A stretch of DNA of 63,564 nt, the filler included, from Salisapilia sapeloensis CBS 127946 (taxonomy: Eukaryota > Protista > Oomycota), in assembly GCA_023334545.1 (NCBI GenBank). It is 9 parts of 9 records of this genome, joined end to end, with 100 filler letters (N's around TTAATTAATTAA, not from the genome) between each part and the next. Parts side by side here need not be neighbours in the genome. Positions count along the whole stretch, not along the records: positions 28,962 to 34,893 come from JAADVB010000581.1; positions 34,994 to 42,082 come from JAADVB010000531.1; positions 42,183 to 43,881 come from JAADVB010001069.1; positions 43,982 to 45,993 come from JAADVB010000987.1; positions 46,094 to 48,572 come from JAADVB010000896.1; 4 more parts are not named here. The stretch is one strand, 5' to 3'. Below are positions 34,505 to 46,388 of the stretch, piece by piece; the stretch's first letter is position 1, and each line of letters opens with the position of its first letter. The position numbers and the translations under genes were made by a program. Under the pieces are notes generated by a model. It saw nothing but the letters and a program-made list of their open reading frames with translations. It was not told the DNA's origin and did not search any database.

Positions 34505-34893
34505 ATGTCTAACTGCTTTGAATTTAACATCCGGCCTGGTCATCTATCTTCCTTCACTACCACATTAAAACACTCTTGTAAGTGAGTAGATTGACATTTA
34601 CTCAACTCCAACCACAATGCATCACTAGCTTTAATACAAAGTAGTAGCTCAACCATTCTCTATACTTATTAAACATGCAGTTGTACGCGACAAACTCAAT
34701 GACACAAACGAAATTGCCTTAAAGCTAGCAAGGGCATCCTACAGATCGCTTCCACTCCAACCAAGGCTGCATGCTTTTCTACCGTTGAGCATGTACAATT
34801 TATGTCATCGTTGTCCCTGCCTCCTGACGAGTACGAAGTCATCCTTCACTTTGCTCAAGACTGAACGCTCTTTGCCTCGCCTCGACAATTATA
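34505..34893 (+). CDS. Possible 5' exons of a gene cut by the gap (weak Rad9/9-1-1-clamp-like flavour)
   Basis: MSNCFEFNIRPGHLSSFTTTLKHS followed by a GTAAGT donor, then LNDTNEIALKLARASY. The similarity is from memory only. Confidence 0.25.
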
Positions 34894-34993
34894 NNNNNNN
34901 NNNNNNNNNNNNNNNNNNNNNNNNNNNNNNNNNNNNNTTAATTAATTAANNNNNNNNNNNNNNNNNNNNNNNNNNNNNNNNNNNNNNNNNNNN

Positions 34994-35139
34994 ATGAGGC
35001 GCTTCCGTCTCCAGCAGAGAGCGTCGGCCAAGTCTATCGCTTGGCCAAAACCACGTCTGTAAGTGATGAAGTGGCAGTCGACATGGGAGATATGATCAAC
35101 ACCATCAGCAATCGAGGTCAAAGCAGAATCGATGAGTAG
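34994..35139 (+). CDS. 3' fragment of a gene emerging from the gap
   Basis: Open frame EALPSPAESVGQVYRLAK...QSRIDE* begins at the contig edge. Confidence 0.4.
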
Positions 35140-35229
35140 TCATCTTAAATCTTAAAGATAAATTTAGCTCTTGTTGTTCAGCAATTTTCTTTACAACGGC
35201 GTATTCGAGAACGAAATTAGACTTCTAGC

Positions 35230-36525
35230 ATGAGCATTCGGAAACTCAAGTCACGTGGCATCGGACGTCTTGAGCTGCTTGCCTGGATCAATGCTTTCCT
35301 TGAAACGGACTACACAAAGGTATACTTACACCTAACTATAGGCTTGATATAATATGCTTACAATGATACTGTTGATAGCTTGAGCATTTGAACGATGCCA
35401 TTGCCTATTGTCAAGTACTTGATGCAGTCCATCCAGGCAAGCTACCTCTTCAGGCGGTTAACTTCCAGCCTAAATCGCGGCTGGATTATGAGCATAATTG
35501 GCAAATTTTTCGTCGGGCTCTCAATGCCTGTGGTGAATCAACGGTATATCGTCGTTTTCATTGCAATACCTTATCTCTGTACGAATCTCCACTCATGCTT
35601 ACATATAGGACATTGCTGTTAAGCGATTAGTTGATGGCGTGTTCCAAGAGCACTTTGAGCTACTCCATTGGCTTCATAGTTATGTCTATCGAGTATATCC
35701 GGATGCGATTTTCTCTTATCAAGGTTTCGAAAAGAGAAAGCAGGTGCTAGGTTCGACGCACCAGGGCATTAACATTCACAATTTGAACCTTATACCTAGT
35801 GGAGAGATCAAACGGCCAAATGCAAATGCTACATCATTTGACCCGTCGATGCCTGAGGGTGACAGCAATAAGATCGAAGGTCGTGAGATAGCTAAAAGGG
35901 GTGTCCTCGATAGCGCTCCACTAGATCCCGTTGAGACCAAAGAAGTATCTAATCAATCGTTTCGATCACACATCCATCTCGTCTCGTAAGTATCGTGGCA
36001 TACAATATTTACATTTGCTGTATTAACGGTGAAGCTGTTTGATATAGCCACTCATACAATTGCACTATGCATGCCAAGGCGATCGTAGAGAAGGCAGAAA
36101 TTTGGCTCGAGAGGGCAAAAGATAGTGCCAAACAAATGGAGAAAGATGACAAACAATGTGCATCAAAGCTTCGTGGTACCGTACAAAGTCACCGTACAAA
36201 GGGATTAAAGAGATCCTCTTCCCTCAATCCTGCGCAGCTATTGCTACAACGACATCTTGCGGAATTAGTGAGCTACTGCGACTTATAGTCTGTCCTGATA
36301 GCAAAGCCTAAACTTTCATGACTTCATAGTTTGAGGTGTTACAGGGAGAATTGAATGGGCGTGTGGACGATCTAGTAAGGACTCATAGACACTGACATCT
36401 TTATAAGTTGTATTGTGAGCTAATCGTTTTGACGTACAATTTCACATGTGTAGATAGAGCTCCAAAAGGAAGTTGATATCATCGCTCACAGTCTAGACCC
36501 GGTTGAATGCTCTGTCAACAAGTAG
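35230..36525 (+). CDS. EB1/MAPRE-like calponin-homology protein, multi-exon
   Basis: GRLELLAWINAFLETDYTK|LEHLNDAIAYCQVLDAVHPG...VNF...YEHNWQIF...FQEHFELLHWL is the EB-type CH domain. The last exons are a short coiled coil. Confidence 0.75.
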
Positions 36526-36843
36526 TTGTCATTACCGGGAATGCCCTCACGTAAGCACTAGTGCTATTTGATTTTAAGTTGCTCTCAGAAAGAGGTACCC
36601 CGACGCAGAGATATTTTGATGCCTAAATTACCGGTAATCTATAACATATAGATGCTACGATAACCAAAAACTCGCGAATTCAAAGTAGTCTCTCCGACGG
36701 CCGCGTATTGTCTTAAACGAAATACTGTCGACTTGATTCTCGTCAAATATTACCAGACTTTCAGCACATTGCATCGTTCGAAATCGAAAATTCCCTTCGA
36801 TGTTGCGCACTGTGTTGAGGGGTACTTCCATTCACTTGGTCTC

Positions 36844-36850
36844 TCACTTC
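36844..36850 (+). promoter_or_regulatory. Candidate oomycete initiator (YCAYTYY) upstream of the LRR gene
   Basis: TCACTTC begins 47 nt before the ATG at 36891. The motif is short and could occur by chance. Confidence 0.3.
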
Positions 36851-36890
36851 AAAAAAAATTCTTCAGCTACTACTCTGTTTTTCAGCAGCT

Positions 36891-38749
36891 ATGAAGTGCA
36901 TCGGTCGAGCAACTATATACATCTTACTATTTCTCTGGGTATCTGCACGCATACATGCTGAGGACACCAATCGATATTTTCAATTTTATCGAAACAAAAG
37001 TATCGATGATTAATATCTTTTACATCATGTCTTTCAATACGACCAGGAAGAATTGTAGGCGTATCAGTTAAATATGAATAAGATTAACCATTTAATTTTT
37101 AAACATTTAGCGACCTGAGCGACAACTATATCACAAAACTAAACGCAACTCAATTTTCTCAAACCAAAATTCTGTACAGTAAAGTGGCATACTTGCTGGA
37201 TTAATCAGCTTTGACTCTTTGGTTTATGCTGTGTCTTTCATAACAATCCTGTCCAGGAGATTACAGGAATCTTTATAAAACTGGAAGAGCTGTACGTCTT
37301 CTATTGTCACAGATGACTTGAACTGGTAAACTTACTATCGATTAAACTGAGCAGGAAGATGAAAAATACAATGATCAAGGCTCTGGATGGAGACAACTTT
37401 CTTAAGCTTCGCAAATTGTAAATATTCATCTCGTGAAAGCAGCTTTGATGGTTCTATATGAGTTCTCTCACGCATATTAAACAGACAAGTCCGTTGGGGT
37501 AAACTGGTGGAGACTAGGGGTACCTGGGAATGTGTCGAAGAAGTGTGAGTCTTCAAATACCGCCAACTCCTGGTAGAAATTTCATTGTTTGTACTTGAAT
37601 AGAAATCTGCAAAATAGCAGTAACTCCAAATTCAATGTGAATATGCCCAATCTCAGAGACGCGTACGATCTCAGTAGTCAATTGTGTACTATATGTAACC
37701 GATAGAGTTTATAAATGTAGTCGCCTGGAAATAAATTTGATCAGAGAAATCTCAGAAATCTGTCCAAAACTGGAAATACTGTACGCTTAATATTACCTGG
37801 TTCAAACAAGCATTGTCCTTACCGATCGTTCGTTTAAACAGGTCAATGAGCGAGAACTTATTCAAGAGTCTGGATGGAAAAAACTTTTTCAAGCTCCGCG
37901 TCTTGTATGTATCCAACATGCTACTGCGACTTGGACGGCTGGATATCAAAACTCTAACGCATACAAATAAGAAATAACTTCATGGGCGAATTGACGAAAA
38001 TAACTGGTCCCTAGAATCACCTCGAAAGATTGTGAGTCTTCAACTAATGTCAATCCACCATCTATAGTTTGCATTCGTTGTTATGTAGAGACTTGGTGAC
38101 CACTAAAGTCACTAATATCAGCGCATCGATGCCTAAGCTCACAGAGGCGCATGATTTAGGCAGAATACTGTCTTTTCAGTATAACTGATACTTTATATGA
38201 GAGCTAGGATGTTCGCAGACGACAAACTCACTGATTTTGACTGCGTGAATACAAAGCTTCAGAAACTGTAAGTCTTATTTCCCAACAATCGAATACACTA
38301 AAGTCACAGGTTTGAGAATAGAGACCTGACAAAGAATAAACTGACGAAAGACAGTCTAAGTGGAGACAAGTACAAGCATCTCTGATTCGTGTACATTTTT
38401 ATTGCTTTTTCTTGCAAGCACTTGGCTAGAACATTGAAATAGTCGCATAAGCTTTAATGATATCAGGATTCTTGATAATCCGCAAGCGCATACTCTTGGC
38501 TCGATTACAAATCTGTATGTGACAGTACTTGAATACACGAGATCCGACACTTGTATCCTGAACTTGTTACAGGGTCGCGGACCACGCCAATTTAAAGAAG
38601 TGGGATGGTACCTGGGAAAATTTGGAGAAAGTGTAAGTATCTCTCGACTATGTAGTTCTATTCTCTGATTGTATATCGATCGTATGCAGAGACATTTATG
38701 AAAATGATTAGAAGCCTATCGACGCATACCTTCCAGTCATCAAGAACAT
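36891..38749 (+). pseudogene. Signal-peptide LRR gene with one LRR per 60-72 nt exon; in-frame stops
   Basis: Exon 1 (36891-37054) reads MKCIGRATIYILLFLWVSARIHA... Phase-2 exons follow at 37111-37173 (DLSDNYITKL), 37229-37291, 37355-37417, 37485-37544, 37603-37662, 37721-37780, 37842-37904, 37972-38031, 38089-38148, 38208-38267, 38322-38390, 38443-38514, 38573-38632 and 38690-38749. Stops at 37011, 38012, 38383 and 38709. Confidence 0.8.
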
Positions 38750-39153
38750 GCCCATAGTTGGAGAATAAACTCAAGACTATGTACATAAGCACCGTCTGCC
38801 ATTCGACCTCGAACACTCATCTGTTTGAATACATCTCAGCCAATTTTACAATGCATGACACGTTTTTAAATATATAGATTACTGTATACATTCAAAGTTC
38901 TTTTCAAATTAAGGATGGAGAGGATCAATCTACGTGAACGATGATGTATCCAATAAACATCCCTTACGAACAAGCTTTTTAGCAAGCTTTAATTCTCACT
39001 TTTGATCTCTTTATGACGATCGCACCCAAGCGTTAGACTCTTTGTCGACAAAAATGATGTGATCGGAGATACTTGTTCACCGTGGATCAAATATGAGAGA
39101 AGAAATGAGATAAAAGTACATCCTTGAATAAACGAGTTAATTTCCATATCTCT

Positions 39154-41165
39154 TCAATTTTCTTCATCACGATCGACGCCTAGCTGTTCAGCCCAATTGA
39201 ATTTAAAATTAAAATCAACACCTACATAGAGTACCACAGTTAATTCGCTTATGTTGACAAAAGTCTATCCTACAGACAGTTGCTTACCACAATGCATCAA
39301 AGTAAATTGGAGAATGAACCATATACTTGCAATACTCCTTGCTGTGATTTGACGCCATTGGGTTTCCAAAGAATATCCAAGCAACTGCATTGCTGAGAAT
39401 CTGAATCGTTTCTTGAGCATGTATTGGAAAGCAAGCAGAGTCGCTGCTTCCATGAGTGCGTACAGCAGAATATCGATGGATCCAATTTTCAGGCCTTCAA
39501 AAGACATGTTGCGTGTGTGTGGATAGTATAGTGCATTTGGTAAGTGATACAGCACCCATGTATGCACGACGTACACTATTGGAATTGCAACTTCGACAAG
39601 CTCTGTCATCATACAATATTCGGCATGATAAAGTAGTTTCAAGGCTTCATATACGAGTTTCACCTCCTCTGGCTCAGACTGGGGACGCTCTTGGAGGTTG
39701 AGCCCTTTGTCTGCAATCGGTGCTAGCGGCATGATGTTCGTATTCGATTCGAACATACTACTCTTGTCTTTCGCTTGGATCACTTTTATCTCACTTATCT
39801 TCTTGCGCGTTTTAGGCTTTGCAGTAGCATTCGGCTTGCCATTACTGTCACTTCCACATGTTCCATCTATAAGTTCCTCAATTCTAAACTGCTCTGGCTC
39901 AACTGTTCGTTTAAAAAATATCGATTGGCCGTTTTCTCTTGCAACTAGCGACTCTACCTGTTCCCTGACGCTCGGTATTTGACATAGCTCGATCACGCTG
40001 GATACCAAATCTCCCTTAGAACTATTACTGGCATTGTATTGTGCTAGTGCTTGAAGCAAAGTCTTGCTATCGCTCTCCATCTCTAAGATCGACAGTAGAG
40101 CTTGGATAGCATCAACACCAATGACTATGATAGATGCCCACATCGATTTGGCTGTCTGCATACAAATAGAGACGAAAAGAGCATGAAAAACCTGTAGCAA
40201 TGGAGATGTCGGGAATTAGATACATTTTGAATCTCGCAGTCATACAGTGTATACGCACGTACCTCGACGTTAAACGTTGTAAGCTCCGGTATGGACTCTT
40301 CTTGAGAAGACATGGCAAGAGCATAAATGTTTTTTAGGCCAAACTTCAATAGTGGTAATACACCGATGAATAAGACTTGCTGTGTTTTAGAAAGCAGTTG
40401 GAAGATAGCGTTATAGCCATTGTAAAGTAGGACCATCCATATATGAAGCGACGATACATTAAGTTGAGTTTTTAACGCACGCTCTTGATGAGGACTACCG
40501 TCAAATCCAACTTTTCTGAGCAACACGAAAAAGAAGGATGTGTTCACTAAGACAAAGGGCACAGAGCATGTCACTGTCGTAAATGGAACAGGAAAAGTCC
40601 AATAGGCAGCAAGAAACATGTTCGATCCTAGCACGAGTAATGCGGTGGTAATCGCAAATAGGAAAGTTTTCCCCAAGTGAATTTGTACGTTCGGGACGAA
40701 AGGTAGTATCTGATAGGCAAAAGAAAAGCTTGTAAGTACCAAAGAGAAATAGGATCGGATCCAGAAGACATATTGTTCATCCCAAGGATCAAGCGGTGAA
40801 CGCAATGGTACTAACTCGACGGTTGTTTCCAGAATAAGACCTGATAGAGTCGCAAGCAAACAGTACCATAGTACTCGCCAATTCGAGGCTGCAGAGCAAT
40901 ACTGCTCTAAGTCATGAAGGCGTTTAATAGAGTAGGCTCCTCGATTGTAGATCTGTATCTTGAGGTATGCATAATAAACAGCTATAAGCTTTGGTTGGAT
41001 GCTTTTGCACAGTGAAATCTTAGACGGCTCAGCTATAGTCTCGGCTTTGTCCTCATAATAAGCTTCTGAGAGTAGACTAGAATCAGCTACTTTCATTATA
41101 GTGATAGCTACGTCGCAGTCTTTAGAGGTAGGCAAAATGGCTCCTTCAAGAACTGGCATGCACAT
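39154..41165 (-). CDS. Oomycete multi-pass membrane protein (YNRGxYSIxRL family), 3 exons
   Basis: IQIYNRGAYSIKRL, many TM segments, an intron after FNVEV-type sequence leading to FHALFVSICMQ, and a terminal exon GVDFNFKFNW. Confidence 0.75.
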
Positions 41166-42182
41166 GATCCGTGAAACGGACATCCTTCACTACTATTTAT
41201 AGCGTCTATCGAAGAGAATGTTTGATTCGTCCAATTGGAGCAATCGAGAGCAAGTGCATGATGGAGCAGATTCCAATTTAAAAAGAAATTGGTGAGATGA
41301 TGTCAATATGGGCATACGTTCAAGAATATCACATGCATTTCATCAAAGTTATGCACGAGATCCGTAAGAGAGAACCGATAGAACGGCTATACAGAGCTCT
41401 GAACATGCCAGGTTACCGTTTATTTGTACCTTTCGGATACAGTAGAAATCAGAAGACTTCTTATTCTCAGCATTCAAAGTGATATATATTGAATGGACAG
41501 CTAGCAGAAATGCGACGAGAAGCGATATGGATATTGTAGTAGGAGCGAATGGGCGAGCGCAGGACACCACCTACCAGTGAGTCAAACGCATGTCAGCCTA
41601 GCCTGCGCATTTCTCCAAGGGTTTTAAATGCATCTACAAGCATAAAATTGCTATCGAAGACACAAGAGCAAATGTCTACCCGTTGCAACACGTACATTTA
41701 CTAGCAAGGTATGGCTACATTTTCAGACTTGGTAATGAATGCACTCTTGTTTAAATAGAAACCGGCACAACGAATCGCTCATAGCCTAGTGTCCAATTCA
41801 ATGCTGCGGACCTCTAAAATACCACAGGAGATATCACCTAAGTCTGAATAACGAGATATGGAGCTGCTCCACATAGGAAGCACGCATCAACTTTGACGAT
41901 AGGCTTCGCTCTGTGCCCTACAATCATTCAGTTATTTCGCTATGGACACCCATTGCTCTTTAATTTATATTCGCACTCACACCATGGAGTACCTTTGCTT
42001 TGGTGTTTGCATTTCATCGTGGACTATGGTTGATGAAGCAATATTCATGCAGACATTTCTACATCAATTATGTCCAAGGTAGNNNNNNNNNNNNNNNNNN
42101 NNNNNNNNNNNNNNNNNNNNNNNNNNTTAATTAATTAANNNNNNNNNNNNNNNNNNNNNNNNNNNNNNNNNNNNNNNNNNNN

Positions 42183-42323
42183 TTCTTCTTGCGGAGACTT
42201 GTAAGCGATGTGGACGTTGTCTACGCCATCACCATTCACGCTGGCAAAGAACTTGAGCGCACCCTCTGCATCCGAAGAGAAGTTGAGCGTCCAGGTCCAG
42301 GAAGCACAGGATTCGTCGCTAAA
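42183..42323 (-). repeat. Exact 141-bp inverted copy of 43741-43881
   Basis: Reverse-complement identity by inspection; the two copies terminate at the two contig edges. Confidence 0.9.
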
Positions 42324-43401
42324 AGCTAAAAGCTCATTAATCTTGGTTGCCAGTGGTTTGATGTGGTATGGAACCTTGGGCTTATCGCCACCAGTAGAAT
42401 CTGTCAATAGAACCTACTGGTGGTTTTGTTGAAATAATTTTAAATTCATATATCGATTTTATAATCTGAACTACAGCCTAACACGTTGGAACTCCAGCTA
42501 TCTTGTTTGACATATTCGCTTGTAAGTACAGCACTCAACGCTCACGTGAATAGCAACAATTCATGTCGCTTTTGCATTACATTACTTTCTTCTACAGGTA
42601 GCTCATCAAGCACAGCGTTCTTGATGTGCCGTAGATCTTAAAAGCTGCGTTCGAGCTATACCACGGTCGGATGTCATGCTACAAACGCAGACATTCCTTC
42701 CTGCTCTTTTACGCTGAAGAATTATGTATAAATGGAGCAGCAAGGTCGGGTCATCACGTTCAGGATAAAAATCCATCAACGTGCGAAATAGACTATGTGT
42801 TTATGTCGAATTGATGCAAAGACATCAAACTAGCAGCAGCACATTCATTTAATCTTGACCATTATGCTTTTTTAGCTATAGAGCTGCCCGGTACTCTAGG
42901 CAAGCAAATGCGACGATGCGAGTACAATGCGATCCGTTCGGACAGGATGTGTGATTGTTGTTCAAGCTGTTTTTAATGACACACGGTGAAACTGAAGGAC
43001 TTCAAGGCAGATGAGCTTCTACTGACTGTCGTTCATGATACCCACAGCAATCCACCATTTACGCGCACATCCGAAACATGTCTAGAAGCTTTGGAATTTA
43101 CTAAGACAAAGTTTATTAAGCCCAAATGGCAATCACAGAGGTCATCAGTCCGAAAATGAACACGATTGACGATCAATCGCGTTTCATGTGTCGACCAAGT
43201 TCAGGTATATCTTCAACAACTGTCTTCGAACTTCCTGCAGCCCTGAACGAAGAACAAATTCTATCAACGGCTTGTCTAGTCTGAATATCACGATATGTGG
43301 TTGAACTTGTACATTCAACCATGCGCGTTAATGCAGCCAAGGTCCAATCATTCTTTATCTTATATTATCGGCAGCAAGCGTGACGTTGATTTGCCTCAAA
43401 G

Positions 43402-43881
43402 ATGAAGGTTTCCAGCTTCCGCTCGCTACTAGTAGCCGCGACGGCAGTCTCGACTGTAACGACTTCGTACGCTTCCAACGCCGACTACAACGCTGGCAAT
43501 TTCACCATCAGCGTCGACACCGACGCAGGCTCGATCGCCATTCACAACGGAAATGGAGATGAAGTCTGGCAGTCTCCTGATGACCGGGCTTTCATCTCCG
43601 CTTCCAGCGGTCTCACGGATTTCCCACAAGCGTCTGGTAACTTCCAGATCGACGGAACGAACGTTTCTGCACCGTGCGCGAACGCCACGATCTCTGATGT
43701 CCAAAAGTCAAACGACTCGACAGTGAACTTGAGCGGAGGCTTTAGCGACGAATCCTGTGCTTCCTGGACCTGGACGCTCAACTTCTCTTCGGATGCAGAG
43801 GGTGCGCTCAAGTTCTTTGCCAGCGTGAATGGTGATGGCGTAGACAACGTCCACATCGCTTACAAGTCTCCGCAAGAAGAA
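43402..43881 (+). CDS. Secreted protein N-terminus, probably GH31 alpha-glucosidase-like, cut by gap
   Basis: A signal peptide (MKVSSFRSLLVAATAVSTVTTSYA) precedes a beta-rich domain ending HIAYKSPQEE, where GH31 N-domains continue into an FxGxGEQ motif. No catalytic region is visible. Confidence 0.5.
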
Positions 43882-43981
43882 NNNNNNNNNNNNNNNNNNN
43901 NNNNNNNNNNNNNNNNNNNNNNNNNTTAATTAATTAANNNNNNNNNNNNNNNNNNNNNNNNNNNNNNNNNNNNNNNNNNNN

Positions 43982-45993
43982 CTGGAGAGGCACCGAATGC
44001 GAGTGCGTGATAGGAAGGGTCGACAACGGACACATCACGCCAGTCCGTTGGAAGGGAGTGTAATATAGAACACACTTGATCCACATCCAATCTCTTCTTC
44101 TTCTGGATGGACTTCGTAAGCCGGTTGATTTTAGGCTGATGCCGTAAGAGCCACGGCATCCCAAGAATAACATCGAACTTCTCGTCAAGCTCAACGACGA
44201 GAAATTCATCTTTACCGACAAAGTCATCAAACCGATACTTCAGCTTGACTTCTCGCCCCGGGAATCTCCGCGGCTTCCAGTCCACCATTCGGACGATGAC
44301 CTCAATCGGCCCTTCCTTCACAGCAATTCCTGGGGGCAAGAACTGGAGACTCTGAGAACGAACGAAATTGTTCGTTGCACCAGAATCGATTAGCGCGCGG
44401 AGTTTCCGCGCGCCGCCTGTAACGTGAAGGTCGATGATGATTAGTCGATCGTCTCCACGAGCATTATTGGCTTGCAATCGCACCTTATGCGGTTGTGGTC
44501 CAGGAGAGCGAGATGCCACCTCCCTCAACACTCTTCGCTGACTAGTAAAAGGCCTGACGCCTTCTGGTCTTTCCCATTTGCGATCGATGCAGCATCATCT
44601 CCGTCCACAGTAATGACAGAGACTGGTACATGAGATCGACACCCCTTGGCATACTGACGATGTTTCTGGCAATGGTGGCAAGTGACTGATTTCTTGCTCT
44701 AGAAATTCCCAGCGGGCTGGTGCGGACGCTGGTCAGCGGCTATCAAATCTACCTGCAGTGGCTCATGGCCGCTGCCAGCCGACTGTGGAGCAAACCAATT
44801 TGGAATGTAACCACCGTATGCCTGGCGCTGTGTATATTCCTCACGCAGTCCCAGCTGGATTGCATCCTCAAGTGTAAGAGGACGCTACCGGAAACATTTC
44901 ACCTTGACCGGACCATCCTGAAGGCCTTGGACGAAGGCGATAACTTGGGTCGTCGCGTCCAAGGGCGCCGTACGCAGACACGAGGCCATATAACGAGCCT
45001 TCTGACAGTACTCGTTAAGGCTCATCCTGCCTTGCTTTATCCGCAGGGTCTCAGAACGAACTCGTATTTCGTTCTCTGGAGAATCAAAGGTCACTTCCAA
45101 CTACAACTTCAAATCATCTGATGTCGGGAAGCACCCTGAATCTGCAAGGCGGCGTCCAAAAGCCCAGTTCTTCACCTGGCCCATCAGACGCGACATCATG
45201 TACATGAACTGCTTGGCACGTTCTGTAATGGACTACCCTTTACATGGGACACAATGACAATTGTTCCCAATGCTTTCGTACAGATACTTCCGAAACAAGG
45301 CGGAAGTGATGATGCACACGTCATCACTCCGATTGCCAGAAGCCAAGATCTTAAAGCTGTTCTCAGAAGAAATCTGAAGAACGTATGACGGCATGTGTCA
45401 CACGACGAGCGGCAGGGACACATGGCAGCGCTTCAGAACAAGCAGAGAAGAAGCACAAATATACGAAGAAGAACATTCCATGGATAGACAGACAATGATA
45501 TCAGTAAGTATTTCCGATGACGCAATCCAAGACATTTGACTTTAGTATGCATTTGAGCTAGAAGACATCAGCCAACCAACAGGGTAGGACAGGATAGGAC
45601 ATAGTCTAGCTTTCTAACATTTTCAATTCAGTTGCAACTTTCCTTTCTACTACTCAAGTGCCTTCCTTCTCTCCGCCGAGCTTCGGATATGTAACGGGAA
45701 GTTACATGAATGTATCCTAAGCTGGGGTAACATTCCGGATCTTGAAGTGGGTCCTTGTGTTAGAGCATGTGATGCAAATACAAAGGTACAAGGAACATGA
45801 ATGGTCGTTAGAACTTTCCATACTAAGATGAAGTTTAAGGAGATTGTATTAGGATTTAGTAGGTATATAGAAACTCGAAGTGTAGTAGTCTGATTAAGCC
45901 TCACTACAATCAGTTCTCATTTTGCTTTCTAAAGCACAAGTGTCTTACACTACTTCCGTACTTTTAGTACAAGAGTTTCATACTCCGCGTTTA
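43982..45993 (-). mobile_element. Degenerate Ty3/Gypsy LTR retrotransposon: 5' LTR (45690-45993), gag, aspartic protease
   Basis: The LTR matches 27006-27357. The gag-like VKNWAFGRR...TFDSPENEIRVRSETLRIKQG..Y.QKARY...FVQGLQDGPVK contains stops. Protease motifs LRALIDSGATNNFV and DVILGMPWL are present. Confidence 0.9.
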
Positions 45994-46388
45994 NNNNNNN
46001 NNNNNNNNNNNNNNNNNNNNNNNNNNNNNNNNNNNNNTTAATTAATTAANNNNNNNNNNNNNNNNNNNNNNNNNNNNNNNNNNNNNNNNNNNNATTTCCT
46101 TTTATCAAACTTGTCCGAAATTCATTGTCGCAGTATCAATTCTGTCCTCTCGTCATATCGGCCGCTTATTCCTTACGTAGAAGCAAGAGGCAGTGTAGTT
46201 CGGGTGCTCCTAGTCTGTGCGTGGGTATATTCGTGGCGTAAGCGACATCCTGTCGACCTCCGACTGGCCAAAGTAGCCAAAGTAGTCGTAACGCTCGCTA
46301 CGACCACTCTCGCCACCTGTTTACATGGGCACGAAAACCACGAAAACACAAAAAGCGGACGAAATTCGAGGCGAGAGCGACCGCCAAG

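Noticed and set aside
37335-38550. Minus-strand ORFs at 37335-37556, 37752-37949 and 38356-38550
   Set aside because: They are antisense to the plus-strand LRR mini-exons, which have coherent splice sites and phase.
42600-42830. Possible EEP/CCR4-like relic (…CEIDYVFMS)
   Set aside because: Only one short motif and no continuous frame.
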